Of a stretch of DNA of 64,000 bases, positions 55,901 to 64,000 are shown in pieces. The DNA is from Polyangiaceae bacterium (GTDB lineage: Bacteria > Myxococcota_A > Polyangia > Polyangiales > Polyangiaceae): contig JBNKBE010000029.1 in assembly GCA_050287085.1 (NCBI GenBank), positions 1-64,000 on the forward strand. The letters are read 5' to 3'. The notes under the pieces are model-generated. The model ran no database searches. It worked only from the letters and a program-made list of their open reading frames with translations, and was not told the DNA's origin. The stretch's first letter is position 1, and each line of letters starts with the position of its first letter. The position numbers and the translations under genes were made by a program.

Positions 55901-58692
55901 TCGGCGCAGAACTGTCGCTGGCGCCCTTCGCACAGTTTGTCGACCACCCGACTCGCATCGATGCGCAGTTGTTCGCGAACTTCGCCATAAAGGGTTCTGG
56001 TGTCTACGTAGGGCCGCGCGTGATCGAAATGCACACGCCGCCAGAGGAACCTGCCCCAGCGCTCGGGGAGCCCGACGGGGAAGCGACACCTCCCGCCGTC
56101 GACGGTGACGACACGGCGCCCGTTGGTGTCGAGACGGAGGCGCAGGCGGAGCCCGAGTTCGACCCGGAGCTTGCCAGCCGAATTGCGGTTCCCAAGGAAG
56201 CCAGCAGGTCGGCGAAAGGCAAGTTGGCGCTGGCCAATCCTTCCGAACTCTCAGGTACTCAGCTCGTAGCCCGGGTCATTCAAACGTTCGCCGGCCAGGC
56301 CAAGGCAGACAAGTACCTCGCCATGCCGGAGGCGTTCTTCGAGGACAGCCGTTCGAACGCGGTTCGTCGGCTGGGGCGAATCACTATAGACGTTCAGCGT
56401 CGCTTGGCGAGGGGAGGGATAGGCGTGGCGGGCGACTCCCTGCGTCTCCTTGGCTCTGGGAATACTGCTCAACAGGTTCAGCGTCACCTGGTCCAGGATC
56501 GACCTAATTATCTCTACATGCCCTGGATCGCGAACCACGGCGATGCTCTGGTCGGAATCTTGGGCTCATCAGAAGGCGCATGTAACTTCATTCCCTTCAG
56601 AGTATTCAGCCATACCGATGACAAGGCCAGTCGTCTGGCAGTCAATCGTTTCGCTCGGGCGTGTCCGGACGCCTATCGCGAGGTTCTGCTTGAGGAGCTC
56701 AAGCTCCTGCGCGGCGATGTGCAGGGCTTCTTGTTTACCTTTGACTGGCACCCTACGATGAGGGTCATTGCGAGTGTCTGCGGTGAACTGGGTATCCCGC
56801 GGGTGCTCGTCCCCCATGAGGCCGTCTTCATGGACCGCGAGCTGTACTACAACGATCCAGAAACGTTGGCGAATCGGCCGATCACAGATGAGGTACTCTG
56901 CTGGGGTGGAGTGCAACAGGAGGTGTTTCTTGAACGCGGCTATCCGGATTCCCGACTCCGGGTAGTGGGTTCGCCCAAACTGGACGCTTTGGCGGCATTT
57001 AAGAGTGAGGTGACTAGACGCAGGTTCTTCACCCGCTATCAGCTTCCGGAGAGAGACTTCGCCATCCTGTTTGCCGCGCAGCCCATGGACATTCAAGTTG
57101 ATACTAAGGAGGCGTTGTCTGCGCAGACCAACGTCGTCCTGGATCTGTTGTCCTACGTCGAGCAAAACGACTACAACTTGATCGTCAGGCTACCGCCCTC
57201 GGGCCACACTGTGTTTTCCGAGCAGTTGAAGGCGCGAATCGAGAGGAGCAGGAACGCCGCCATTGACGGCGTTGATGGGTACCTCGCGGGTCCGCAGGAC
57301 TCCATCTATCACACGGACGCGACGCTCTCCATCAATAGCACGATGCTGCTCGAGGCGGCGCTTATAGGGCGTGCCAGCATCTCAACAAGGTATTTCGACT
57401 TCGAGCAACTCTGGGCGGCACTCGAGATCCCGGTAGTGACGGAGTCGTCTTCCCTCACGCAGGCCTTGAACGAAGTGGTTCGAGCGCGCGGTAGCACGCC
57501 CACGCAGGCGGGATGGGACTGGGCGAAACGCAGTTTCTCCGCTGGGAGTTTCGATGGCAAGGCGGCAAGTCGCGTGAACGCGCGCTTGCGTGAGATCGCA
57601 ACTAACCCCTTGCGCGTGAGCTCGGCGGTAGACCGCATGCTCGCGGATGACCCTTGGACCCCCCGCGTGGTTGGGCTGGCAAACTTGGACCCGCTCGCGG
57701 GAACTCAGCGTTACGTCCTAGACATGCTTGGCGTCGAGTACGTGACCAAGGTGACCAGCGCAGCTTCTGCGTATATGGCAGAGGTTTACTGCCAATGGGG
57801 GCAGTCTTTCAGTCGAAGGAAGCAGCGCGCCGCCGGTTTTGCCCGCAGTCAGGGCCGTCCCACCCTGTATCTGGAGGACGGGTTCATTCGTTCCGCCGGG
57901 ATCGGACTTACAGGGGAACCAGGTCTTTCCATCATCCTGGACGACATGAGTCTGTACTACGACGCGACCCAGCCGAGCCGACTCGAGGCCCTCTTGCAGA
58001 GCGGTCCCGAGCTGACGATGAGCCAAACCGCGCGAGCACGCGCTGCTATCAACCGAATCGTCGAGGCTCGTGTCTCCAAGTACAACGACGCTCCCCTCTA
58101 TGGCCCCGACGTAGGTGACCCCGCAAAGAAGAAGGTGCTGGTCATCGATCAGCGAGCGGGGGACAACTCAGTAAAGCTGGGAATGGCGGACGAGGCGCGT
58201 TTTACTCAGATGTTGGAGACGGCGATGATGCAGCACCCCGACAAAGAGGTGCTCGTCAAACGCCATCCCGACGCGATGAAGGGGGGCAAAGGATCGCACT
58301 TCCCGGCGCACCTCGCCTCTTCACAGGTGCGACTCATCGACTTTGACGTCAATCCGTATCGCCTGTTCGAGCAGGTGGAAGAGGTCTACGTAGTAACCTC
58401 TGGCATGGGCTTCGAGGCGTTGATGGCCGGTAAGAAGGTTCACTGCTTCGGTATGCCATTCTACGCAGGCTGGGGGCTGACCGAGGACCTCCTCTCCATC
58501 AGCAGGCGGGGGCGCAAGCGCAGCTTGGAAGAGGTCTTCTACGTGGCCTACATCCAGCTTAGCCGCTACTACCACCCGGTGCGAGGTAAGCGCTGTGAGG
58601 TAGAAGACCTCATTGAATACATGGGAGACCTCGTGGGTTCTCGCGCCCGACGCAAACCCGTGAAGCCATTGCTGCTGGGCCTGCGCCACTGA
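52930..58692 (+). CDS. 1920-aa capsule-biosynthesis fusion: GT-like + HAD-like + GT-B + C-terminal KpsC-like beta-Kdo transferase domain
   Basis: CFDVFG.LL..P...DVF and ITLDDIY (HAD-like region); VVGSPKLD, NST.LLEA (GT-B); LEDGFIRS, YYDAT.PS.LE, KRHPD, TS.MGFEAL, GMPFYAGWGLT (KpsC). Confidence 0.8.
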   Translation: MDLMEGKLTSELRETQDISQRQILLYSDPWVDGNVAFGLRWSSASHLTQLCIELVRSGYDVTVLGGTGLGVAQGESGGISVVAFEASELIAEFGPKKPSGEESGPSAYVNYLLGKLPADYQPDIIIGWDSELTHLLAAYPEAVPLVIGPGLLSGTPFPETCSVGFGVSAEATLSSLTRRLRGREPTRAEEDVLDGVRAFFGLGFILPQNPLSREQLDPEGRYRRLVALDWDSVGAAVAPGDDELVTTIRVLAALGEDTGVVLCGGRRLDGDLRELLRSRFSRVIVRDEIVGATDVHNYLVPLVDGVLSCDRQWVGAALFWGKLVFALADSWPASLSASSSLEGLQEELDRVASFACDGVLAAILPRAAVPWATVLSEGWLAGMLQRATRAAVSERVAVTLTVEDWLAAILRNAQFADPQPVLAAASPSQPASIGETIVAGGHLAVCFDVFGVLLQHPLQRASDVFELVAADALAEGLAVHGFAHDRAVAEQVCRERVTRNDGTQGSAITLDDIYKELALETRLPESQLARLREIELECEGRLVQVRAEGWAAYQAALAIGKRVLLSSESYLGSEDLRTLLAAAGFDPSEATLVPAADSRVGGGGETLLRKAIAEAACAPHRLLIVSERAGFCEKARQHGLDVHELRESATVLRERLGNVAPFDGGLEQSGLPISAWFGLCTNHLASRSVARNDGSLFGGDARTLGYVGLGLFAAGFQHWLQRECLAGQVETVLFAPRAAFLVQQCGRVLGTREQPFKALMLDLQPGEERLACLVSREHIKLAGLASGLNESLEGFFADAFGVSVRQLPTVNLLASGFSGWDSRVDSLSAVHAAISLALTVAPRLLDLAETARKRLGELIQGSPVSLAGCAIADVEGDGALQRAIHRTCGVLLNGYQLFTTTRVADLEQLGASVRGYASLGAMRVNPPTFSGRPLSLLTALLVDASSAETTADRGLMGVPRQAVVADVQGGIMAFLRDYERLFGRYGRRMAVGAELSLAPFAQFVDHPTRIDAQLFANFAIKGSGVYVGPRVIEMHTPPEEPAPALGEPDGEATPPAVDGDDTAPVGVETEAQAEPEFDPELASRIAVPKEASRSAKGKLALANPSELSGTQLVARVIQTFAGQAKADKYLAMPEAFFEDSRSNAVRRLGRITIDVQRRLARGGIGVAGDSLRLLGSGNTAQQVQRHLVQDRPNYLYMPWIANHGDALVGILGSSEGACNFIPFRVFSHTDDKASRLAVNRFARACPDAYREVLLEELKLLRGDVQGFLFTFDWHPTMRVIASVCGELGIPRVLVPHEAVFMDRELYYNDPETLANRPITDEVLCWGGVQQEVFLERGYPDSRLRVVGSPKLDALAAFKSEVTRRRFFTRYQLPERDFAILFAAQPMDIQVDTKEALSAQTNVVLDLLSYVEQNDYNLIVRLPPSGHTVFSEQLKARIERSRNAAIDGVDGYLAGPQDSIYHTDATLSINSTMLLEAALIGRASISTRYFDFEQLWAALEIPVVTESSSLTQALNEVVRARGSTPTQAGWDWAKRSFSAGSFDGKAASRVNARLREIATNPLRVSSAVDRMLADDPWTPRVVGLANLDPLAGTQRYVLDMLGVEYVTKVTSAASAYMAEVYCQWGQSFSRRKQRAAGFARSQGRPTLYLEDGFIRSAGIGLTGEPGLSIILDDMSLYYDATQPSRLEALLQSGPELTMSQTARARAAINRIVEARVSKYNDAPLYGPDVGDPAKKKVLVIDQRAGDNSVKLGMADEARFTQMLETAMMQHPDKEVLVKRHPDAMKGGKGSHFPAHLASSQVRLIDFDVNPYRLFEQVEEVYVVTSGMGFEALMAGKKVHCFGMPFYAGWGLTEDLLSISRRGRKRSLEEVFYVAYIQLSRYYHPVRGKRCEVEDLIEYMGDLVGSRARRKPVKPLLLGLRH

Positions 58693-58770
58693 GGGCGGGG
58701 CGCCGGGAAGCGTCGACCGCGATCAGAGTCTCGCGGCCGGGTCCCACTAGTACTGGGGCTGCCGCCATCC

Positions 58771-60063
58771 CTACGCTTGCAAGATGTATCGCGTGACCTC
58801 CGGGGGCGCGCCAATGCGCGCCGGAGGCCCCACGGTGCCGAAGCCGCGGTTGACGTACAGCTGCGAGCCCCCGTATTCGTACATACCGGCAACCCAGCCG
58901 TGGGGTAGCAGCCAATCCGCTGGGCGGATGCCGGGGTTGATCTGGCCGCCGTGGGTGTGGCCTGACATCTGCAGCTGAACAGAGCCGGCCGCCTCTTCGA
59001 AGTAGCTCGGGTTGTGGCAGAGCAAGATCGACGGCAGATCGCGGCTCTGCGGCGTATGACGTTGCGCGGCAGCAAGGTCCGGCCCCGGCTCGTCGAAGCG
59101 CGGGCCCTGCACATCATCGACCCCCAGCAGGGCAAACTGCGCGCCCGCGTCGCCAATCAGCGTGCCCGTGTTTCTAAGTACCCGCGCACCAGCCGCATGC
59201 AGCGCCTTCATCGGTGCATCCACGCCTGCGAACAAGTCGTGATTGCCCGGGATGGCGACCACGCCGCGGCGACAGAGTTCACCCAGGCGCCGCGCGAAGC
59301 GACCGAGCTCGGGCGCTAGCTTGGGATCGCGGTCGAGCAGATCTCCCGTGAGCACTATGAGATCGGGCTTCGCGAGCGCGACGCGGTCCAAGGCGGCGGC
59401 GAGCTCTGCCTCGCCCGTGTAGTCACCGATGTGAATGTCGGAGAGCTGCACGATGGTGAAGCCGTCCAGCTTTGGGCTCATACCTTCGAGGCGAAACGGG
59501 ACGTCCACGGTTTGGTAGTCGTGCCGCCCCGCGAGCACACCGTAAAGCGAGCTCGAACTCGCGATCAGCAGCGACGAGCCCGCTGCGGCTTGGCCGAACA
59601 GCGCGCGTCGCGTGACCGCGTTGTCACGAGGCGCGACCGGGACACCGGCACCGAGCTCCACGTCCGTCGTCGGCTCCCCTGGGGGGCTCAGCGCTACGGG
59701 GCTTGCCGCCTCCTCGAGAGCCTGTGGCGCTACCGCGGCGCCGCGCGCTCGGGTCCAGGCGAGTACTTTTGTCACACCACGAAAGGCGAGCAGCCCGAGA
59801 TCAACCGGGAGCAGGAGCGCAATCGTGATGAGCACGATCAGCTCCACGGTCGACCCCGCGGTGACGAACACCCAGGCCGCGGGGACAGCTCGCGCCAGCC
59901 AGCGACCTAGAATGAAACAACACAAGCTAGCAACGAGTGCCCAGCGGAGCCGGCGCCGCGCCTTGGTGCTCAGGCCGAAGGCCTCCGTAAGCCAGCGAGC
60001 GAGGTACCAGTTCAGGCCGCCTAGCAGGAGGCCGAGCACCGCGAAGAAAACCACGAAACGCAC
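58771..60063 (-). CDS. Membrane-bound metallophosphoesterase (YkuE/YaeI-like)
   Basis: QLSDIH, TGDL, GNHD, LLCHNP, SGHTHGGQ, NRGFG. Confidence 0.92.
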   Translation of the reverse strand: MRFVVFFAVLGLLLGGLNWYLARWLTEAFGLSTKARRRLRWALVASLCCFILGRWLARAVPAAWVFVTAGSTVELIVLITIALLLPVDLGLLAFRGVTKVLAWTRARGAAVAPQALEEAASPVALSPPGEPTTDVELGAGVPVAPRDNAVTRRALFGQAAAGSSLLIASSSSLYGVLAGRHDYQTVDVPFRLEGMSPKLDGFTIVQLSDIHIGDYTGEAELAAALDRVALAKPDLIVLTGDLLDRDPKLAPELGRFARRLGELCRRGVVAIPGNHDLFAGVDAPMKALHAAGARVLRNTGTLIGDAGAQFALLGVDDVQGPRFDEPGPDLAAAQRHTPQSRDLPSILLCHNPSYFEEAAGSVQLQMSGHTHGGQINPGIRPADWLLPHGWVAGMYEYGGSQLYVNRGFGTVGPPARIGAPPEVTRYILQA

Positions 60064-60232
60064 CCGGCGTACCTAGGCCGAGAGGGACGCAGGCGCCAGC
60101 GGTGCCCCACTGGAAAGCGTCGCGCTTTGTCGCGCTACGCCAATTCGGGACCGGGATGGGCACGCCGGGCCGGGTTTGCGCCCATCCTTGAACGCCGATG
60201 CGAGTTGGTGTAGCGCGCTACTTGGAGGTCGA

Positions 60233-60985
60233 ATGATCGAAGGAGAGGTGCGGGCGGCGAAGAGCAAGCCTGCTGATGATGCAAACGCGGCTGCTACTGC
60301 GGAGGCGGGGACTCAGTCCGCCGCCGCGGGTCCCCCGCGCGTGGTCCTGCCGGCGGACGAAGAATTCAAGCCCGAGGCGGAGCTGGCAAGCGACGAGCCA
60401 GCCCCTGCTGTCGAGCCGTTTCGAGCCGCACGGAGCGTCCTTTGGGCGGGCGCGCTCGGCATGGTGGGCGCTGTCGCCTGGGCGCTCATCACGGCGCTCA
60501 CCGGTTATCAGCTGGGGCTGCTGGCCGTGGGGCTCGGCGTCCTTGCTGGCATCGGCGCCGCCAAAGGTGGACGTTGCCAGCAGGCGCAAATCATCGGCGC
60601 TGCGGCGGCGGGCGTCTGTTACTTTTTCGCCCAGGCGCTGACGGTATTCGTGTTGTTGGCACAGACGCCCAGCGCGCCGGATGGCGCGGATGTAGCCGAC
60701 GTGGCGGGTGAACACGGCGCGAAGCAGGGCGCCTACGCGGAAAAGGGCACCGACGCCGAAAGTGGCGTCGATGCGCCGGCGGCGAACAATCCCGGACTCG
60801 ACCCTCCCGATCTCGAGCCCGCTGCAGCGACGGACGAGGCCGAGCCGGAGATCGAGATGGGCGTTGGGGAAGCCTTCTCCGCGCTTTTTCTGGCGATACT
60901 CCAAGACACGTTCACGAGCATGGGCGTATTGTTCCTCGCCTTCGCCGTGTGGGAGGGGTGGCGCATCCCACGCCCCCGACAATGA
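60233..60985 (+). CDS. Hypothetical membrane protein
   Basis: Several TM helices; G.VGAV.WA.I..LTGYQLG..A.G.G.LAG. Confidence 0.65.
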   Translation: MIEGEVRAAKSKPADDANAAATAEAGTQSAAAGPPRVVLPADEEFKPEAELASDEPAPAVEPFRAARSVLWAGALGMVGAVAWALITALTGYQLGLLAVGLGVLAGIGAAKGGRCQQAQIIGAAAAGVCYFFAQALTVFVLLAQTPSAPDGADVADVAGEHGAKQGAYAEKGTDAESGVDAPAANNPGLDPPDLEPAAATDEAEPEIEMGVGEAFSALFLAILQDTFTSMGVLFLAFAVWEGWRIPRPRQ

Positions 60986-62463
60986 CGCCCCCGACAATGA
61001 CGCCGACGCAAGCCGTGGCCTTGCGCGGCCGTCTGGGTGGCGTGGTAACGCTGGGCGGCATAGTCACGCTGCTCGCGTACGCCGTGCTGCTAGCCTTCGC
61101 TGATCTGACGTATCCGTTCGGCATCGCCATGGCGTGTGGCTTGCTCGTGACGGCGCTGCGTTTCGGCGCGTACCGCGCGCACGGCATCGTCGCGGACGAG
61201 ACGGGGCTTCGGGATCTCGCGAGCGGCACGTCCATCCCCTGGCCGGCAGTGACGGAGCTGAGGTTCGAACTCGTTCCGGTGGGAGACGTAAAGCTGCGGG
61301 TGGCCAACGTCGCTGGGGGCGGCAAGACGATCACCTTTGGCGATTTGGAGGGACGGCAAGTCGCCGGCCGCACCGTCGTGGACGTCGCGGAGCCGGGGCT
61401 CTTGCTCGCCGTAATCGCCGATCGGACCGGCAGCATCGACGTGTTCCCGAGCGCGTGGAAAAAAGGCCCTGCGCAGCCCCCCGCCGAATTCGTCGAAACC
61501 CCTGCCGTCATGGCCGCGCCCAAAGCGCGCGGCAGGCTCGAAGGCGCTGGGCTCTTGGCGCTGCTATTCAAGCTCGGGCCCAAACTTGGCAAGATTCTGC
61601 TGGCGCTCGTCAAGACCATCAAGCCCGGCGCAGCCTTGATCACCATCGCGGCCTACTCGCTCATCTTCTCTTGGCAGTTTGCTATCGCGCTGGTCGCTAT
61701 GGTGCTCGTCCACGAGTGCGGGCACGTTTACGCCATGTGGCGCTCCGGGGTGAGCGTGAAAGGGATCTACTTCGTACCTTTCTTCGGCGGTCTGGCCATG
61801 GCGGAAGGGCAAGCGGCGTCTCGGAAAGAGTCGGCATACATCGCCATCAACGGCCCCGTGTGGGGCGCCGCCTTCGCGCTTGCCTGCGCTGGCGCATACT
61901 TCGCTTCCGGCAGCAGCTGGACGTTCATCGGCGTGATGGCGGCCTGGGGCGCGCTGCTCAATCTATTCAATCTGCTGCCGATCTTGCCGCTCGACGGCGG
62001 ACGCATCTTGTCCAACATCGCGCAATCCGCGGCGGGTGCTATCGGCACACTCATGATCTTGGGTTCACTCCTGTTGGGCGGCATCTTGGCTTATTTTGCC
62101 CAGCTCGAGCTGTTAGTACTGATGGTGCTCTTGGGCTCTTTCGAGTTTGGTAGTCACCTCATGGGCGTCACGGTGCGGCGCACCGGGCAGCTCCTCCGCC
62201 GCGAGCTCGGCACCGATGAGTACGAGCACTTCACGGCCCTGGTGACGCCCGTTCAGAAGGGGCAGGCTGCGGAGCAACGGCGTCAGCGGCGTGCCGGTCG
62301 CTTTTCAGCGGCGCAGCAAGAGGCCGCCCAGCGCCCCATGAACCGCCAAACTACTTTGCTCTCCGTGGGCGGCTACGTCGCGCTCACGGCGCTACTTTTG
62401 TCGCTGCTGTTCCTGATGAGCGACCTGCCCGGCGGCGGGGCTCCGCTCAGGTTGCTCGAATGA
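60982..62463 (+). CDS. Site-2 protease (M50) with N-terminal PH-like domain
   Basis: HECGH and NLFNLLPILPLDGG; ATGA overlap with the upstream gene. Confidence 0.88.
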   Translation: MTPPTMTPTQAVALRGRLGGVVTLGGIVTLLAYAVLLAFADLTYPFGIAMACGLLVTALRFGAYRAHGIVADETGLRDLASGTSIPWPAVTELRFELVPVGDVKLRVANVAGGGKTITFGDLEGRQVAGRTVVDVAEPGLLLAVIADRTGSIDVFPSAWKKGPAQPPAEFVETPAVMAAPKARGRLEGAGLLALLFKLGPKLGKILLALVKTIKPGAALITIAAYSLIFSWQFAIALVAMVLVHECGHVYAMWRSGVSVKGIYFVPFFGGLAMAEGQAASRKESAYIAINGPVWGAAFALACAGAYFASGSSWTFIGVMAAWGALLNLFNLLPILPLDGGRILSNIAQSAAGAIGTLMILGSLLLGGILAYFAQLELLVLMVLLGSFEFGSHLMGVTVRRTGQLLRRELGTDEYEHFTALVTPVQKGQAAEQRRQRRAGRFSAAQQEAAQRPMNRQTTLLSVGGYVALTALLLSLLFLMSDLPGGGAPLRLLE

Positions 62464-62819
62464 GCGGCTTAGCGAACGCGTCCCGGAGATCTTTGCCGCT
62501 GCTCTCGAGGCCTGTTTCAGCAGTGACAACGCCTGCGGGCGATGCGAGCTAGGCCGGCGAGCAAGACCAGCGCGAACCCAGCGTGGCAATGTCCCGTAAC
62601 GCGCTGTCCAGCAAGCGCGCACCCCGTTAGTTCGGGGGGCGCCTTGCGACGTACCTGGGACCCCGCATCGGGCGCCGCTGCCTCGTCTTCGTCAGCCAGG
62701 GTGTCGCTGTCGCGGCCAGAGGCCGCGTCTCGATCCGGTTGGCCCTTCGCGCCGGGTCTCTCTGACTTTTCCTGGAGAGCACTGATGGAGCATTGGACGA
62801 TGGTGTCATCATCGGTTGT

Positions 62820-63298
62820 CTAAGCCTGGGGCGTCATTTCGACGGCTTTGGAGCGGTTGCGCGCCGCGGCCATCGATACCATCGTAGCCGCGAGGAGCTT
62901 CCGCTGCACTGCACTTTGCGGCATGTATGTGACGTCTCGGTCGAAAATGACCGTCTCTTCGTGGGCTTCGCCGTCCGTCTCGAAGGTCAGCGTCACTAGG
63001 TCGACAAGACGTATTGCTTGCCGTCTCCGTCGTCCTCGATGATCGGCAATGGGTGTACTCCCACCCGCTGCACGTCGAGGGGAACGACGACCCCCGAGGG
63101 GTCCAGGAGCCCGATGGCCAGCGCCGTGCCCGTCGACAGCATCGGTACCACATTGGTGGGCGCGGTCGATCCAGGCCTGGGGAGCAACAGACTGAAGGTC
63201 GAGGCGGTTCCCGAACAATGTAGGGTCATTCGCCGGTCCTCACGAAGGGTAGGAACCTCGTGGCGAGCATGGTATCGTATGGACAGCATGAACCACAT
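62820..63298 (-). pseudogene. Hypothetical gene apparently split by a frameshift near 63005
   Basis: ...DDGDGKQYVL continues plausibly as VDLVTLTFETDGEAHEETVIFDR in another frame. Confidence 0.35.
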
Positions 63299-64000
63299 TC
63301 ACCTCGGCTGCGTTCGGCTCATCTCCTGCTCGTTGCTCTTGGGGGTCGTGCTGGGCTGCTCCTCGCGAGACGCGCAGACGTCATCGCCGGAGGTGCAGCG
63401 CAGAACCGATGCGTTGACTCAAGCGACCACCGACCAGTACCTCGACCTTGATCTGTCTCAGATGGTCGCGCTGGCGCCTGGCACGCTGGAGCTTCAACTG
63501 GTAGCGCGCCCCGATCCTTTGGACTTCAATCAGCACTTGGGTTGGCCCGTTGCGGCGCGTCTCGGAAACAGCACCATCGTCGCCTTCGATCGGAAACGCA
63601 GCCATCAACGGTACGCGTTGGATGGCTTCGAGTGGGGACCGACGGCGGATCTGACGAACAATAAGAAACTTTGCCAATGGCACACGGAGTGCTGGGGCGG
63701 AGCCGGTTCTAACCAATCCACGTGCCGCTTCGACGCGGATAGCAGTAGCGACGTCGTGGCGCGCGGCGGTGACGGTACGTGGCAGCTGACCAATTTGCGA
63801 GAAATCGCTCCGCTGGCGGAGGACGAGAACGCAAGAGACGTTGTCAACAATACCACGCACCTGCGTGCCATCGGAGAGTACTCCGATGATGGCGGAGGAG
63901 TCGTGATGATCGCCGACACCGGGGTCTGGCGATGGCGCGCATCCGCGCCGGAACCTCCCGAGCTAACGAGGGGTCGTATCTCGCGACGACAGGTAACGCA
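63288..64000 (+). CDS. Lipoprotein, sialidase/BNR-like; runs off the window end
   Basis: Manual translation MNHIHLGCVRLISCSLLLGVVLGC...HLGWPVAARLGNSTIVAF; no stop seen before 64000. Confidence 0.6.
   Translation, partial: MNHIHLGCVRLISCSLLLGVVLGCSSRDAQTSSPEVQRRTDALTQATTDQYLDLDLSQMVALAPGTLELQLVARPDPLDFNQHLGWPVAARLGNSTIVAFDRKRSHQRYALDGFEWGPTADLTNNKKLCQWHTECWGGAGSNQSTCRFDADSSSDVVARGGDGTWQLTNLREIAPLAEDENARDVVNNTTHLRAIGEYSDDGGGVVMIADTGVWRWRASAPEPPELTRGRISRRQVT

Noticed and set aside
60971..61003. 15-bp duplication CGCCCCCGACAATGA at a gene junction
   Set aside because: Simple in-frame slippage duplicating the ATGA overlap; no evidence of function.

Overview
GC-rich window, most likely from a myxobacterium (Polyangiaceae-like), inferred from the many Cys-rich lipoproteins and the DUF1592- and DUF4215-like proteins. 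It has four parts. (1) 0.1-8.4 kb: a decaying array of orphan Rhs/polymorphic-toxin tips (M15 peptidase, HExxH, DUF4329/JAB-like). Each tip is followed by a lipoprotein or secreted gene, and the modules are separated by a recurring hairpin element. (2) 9.1-11.1 kb: a splicease-type radical SAM/SPASM gene followed by a zinc-ribbon/lipobox protein carrying five P-[VL]-Y-G-A motifs, a candidate beta-amino-acid-installing RiPP or lipoprotein-modification system. (3) about 17.9-29.8 kb: an integrase-less integron cassette array (CALIN) with at least 8 co-oriented attC sites. It carries GNAT, MtlR-like, HEPN and MazEF-type cassettes. It also carries two independent copies of an unrecognised gene pair, a 62-aa protein plus a papain/C39-like Cys-His-Asp enzyme. 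IS1182-type ends sit exactly at the attC AAC, and an IS110 relic sits inside one attC. (4) 30-64 kb: mostly ordinary genes, including an MFS-spermidine synthase fusion, an MDR dehydrogenase, an HxlR regulator/tautomerase pair, ftsH divergent from hflKC, a large alginate-lyase-like lipoprotein, cbiB/cobD, a GST, a 1920-aa KpsC-containing fusion, a phosphoesterase and an M50 protease. No rRNA, tRNA or CRISPR array was recognised. All family calls come from motif recognition by eye, not from database searches.
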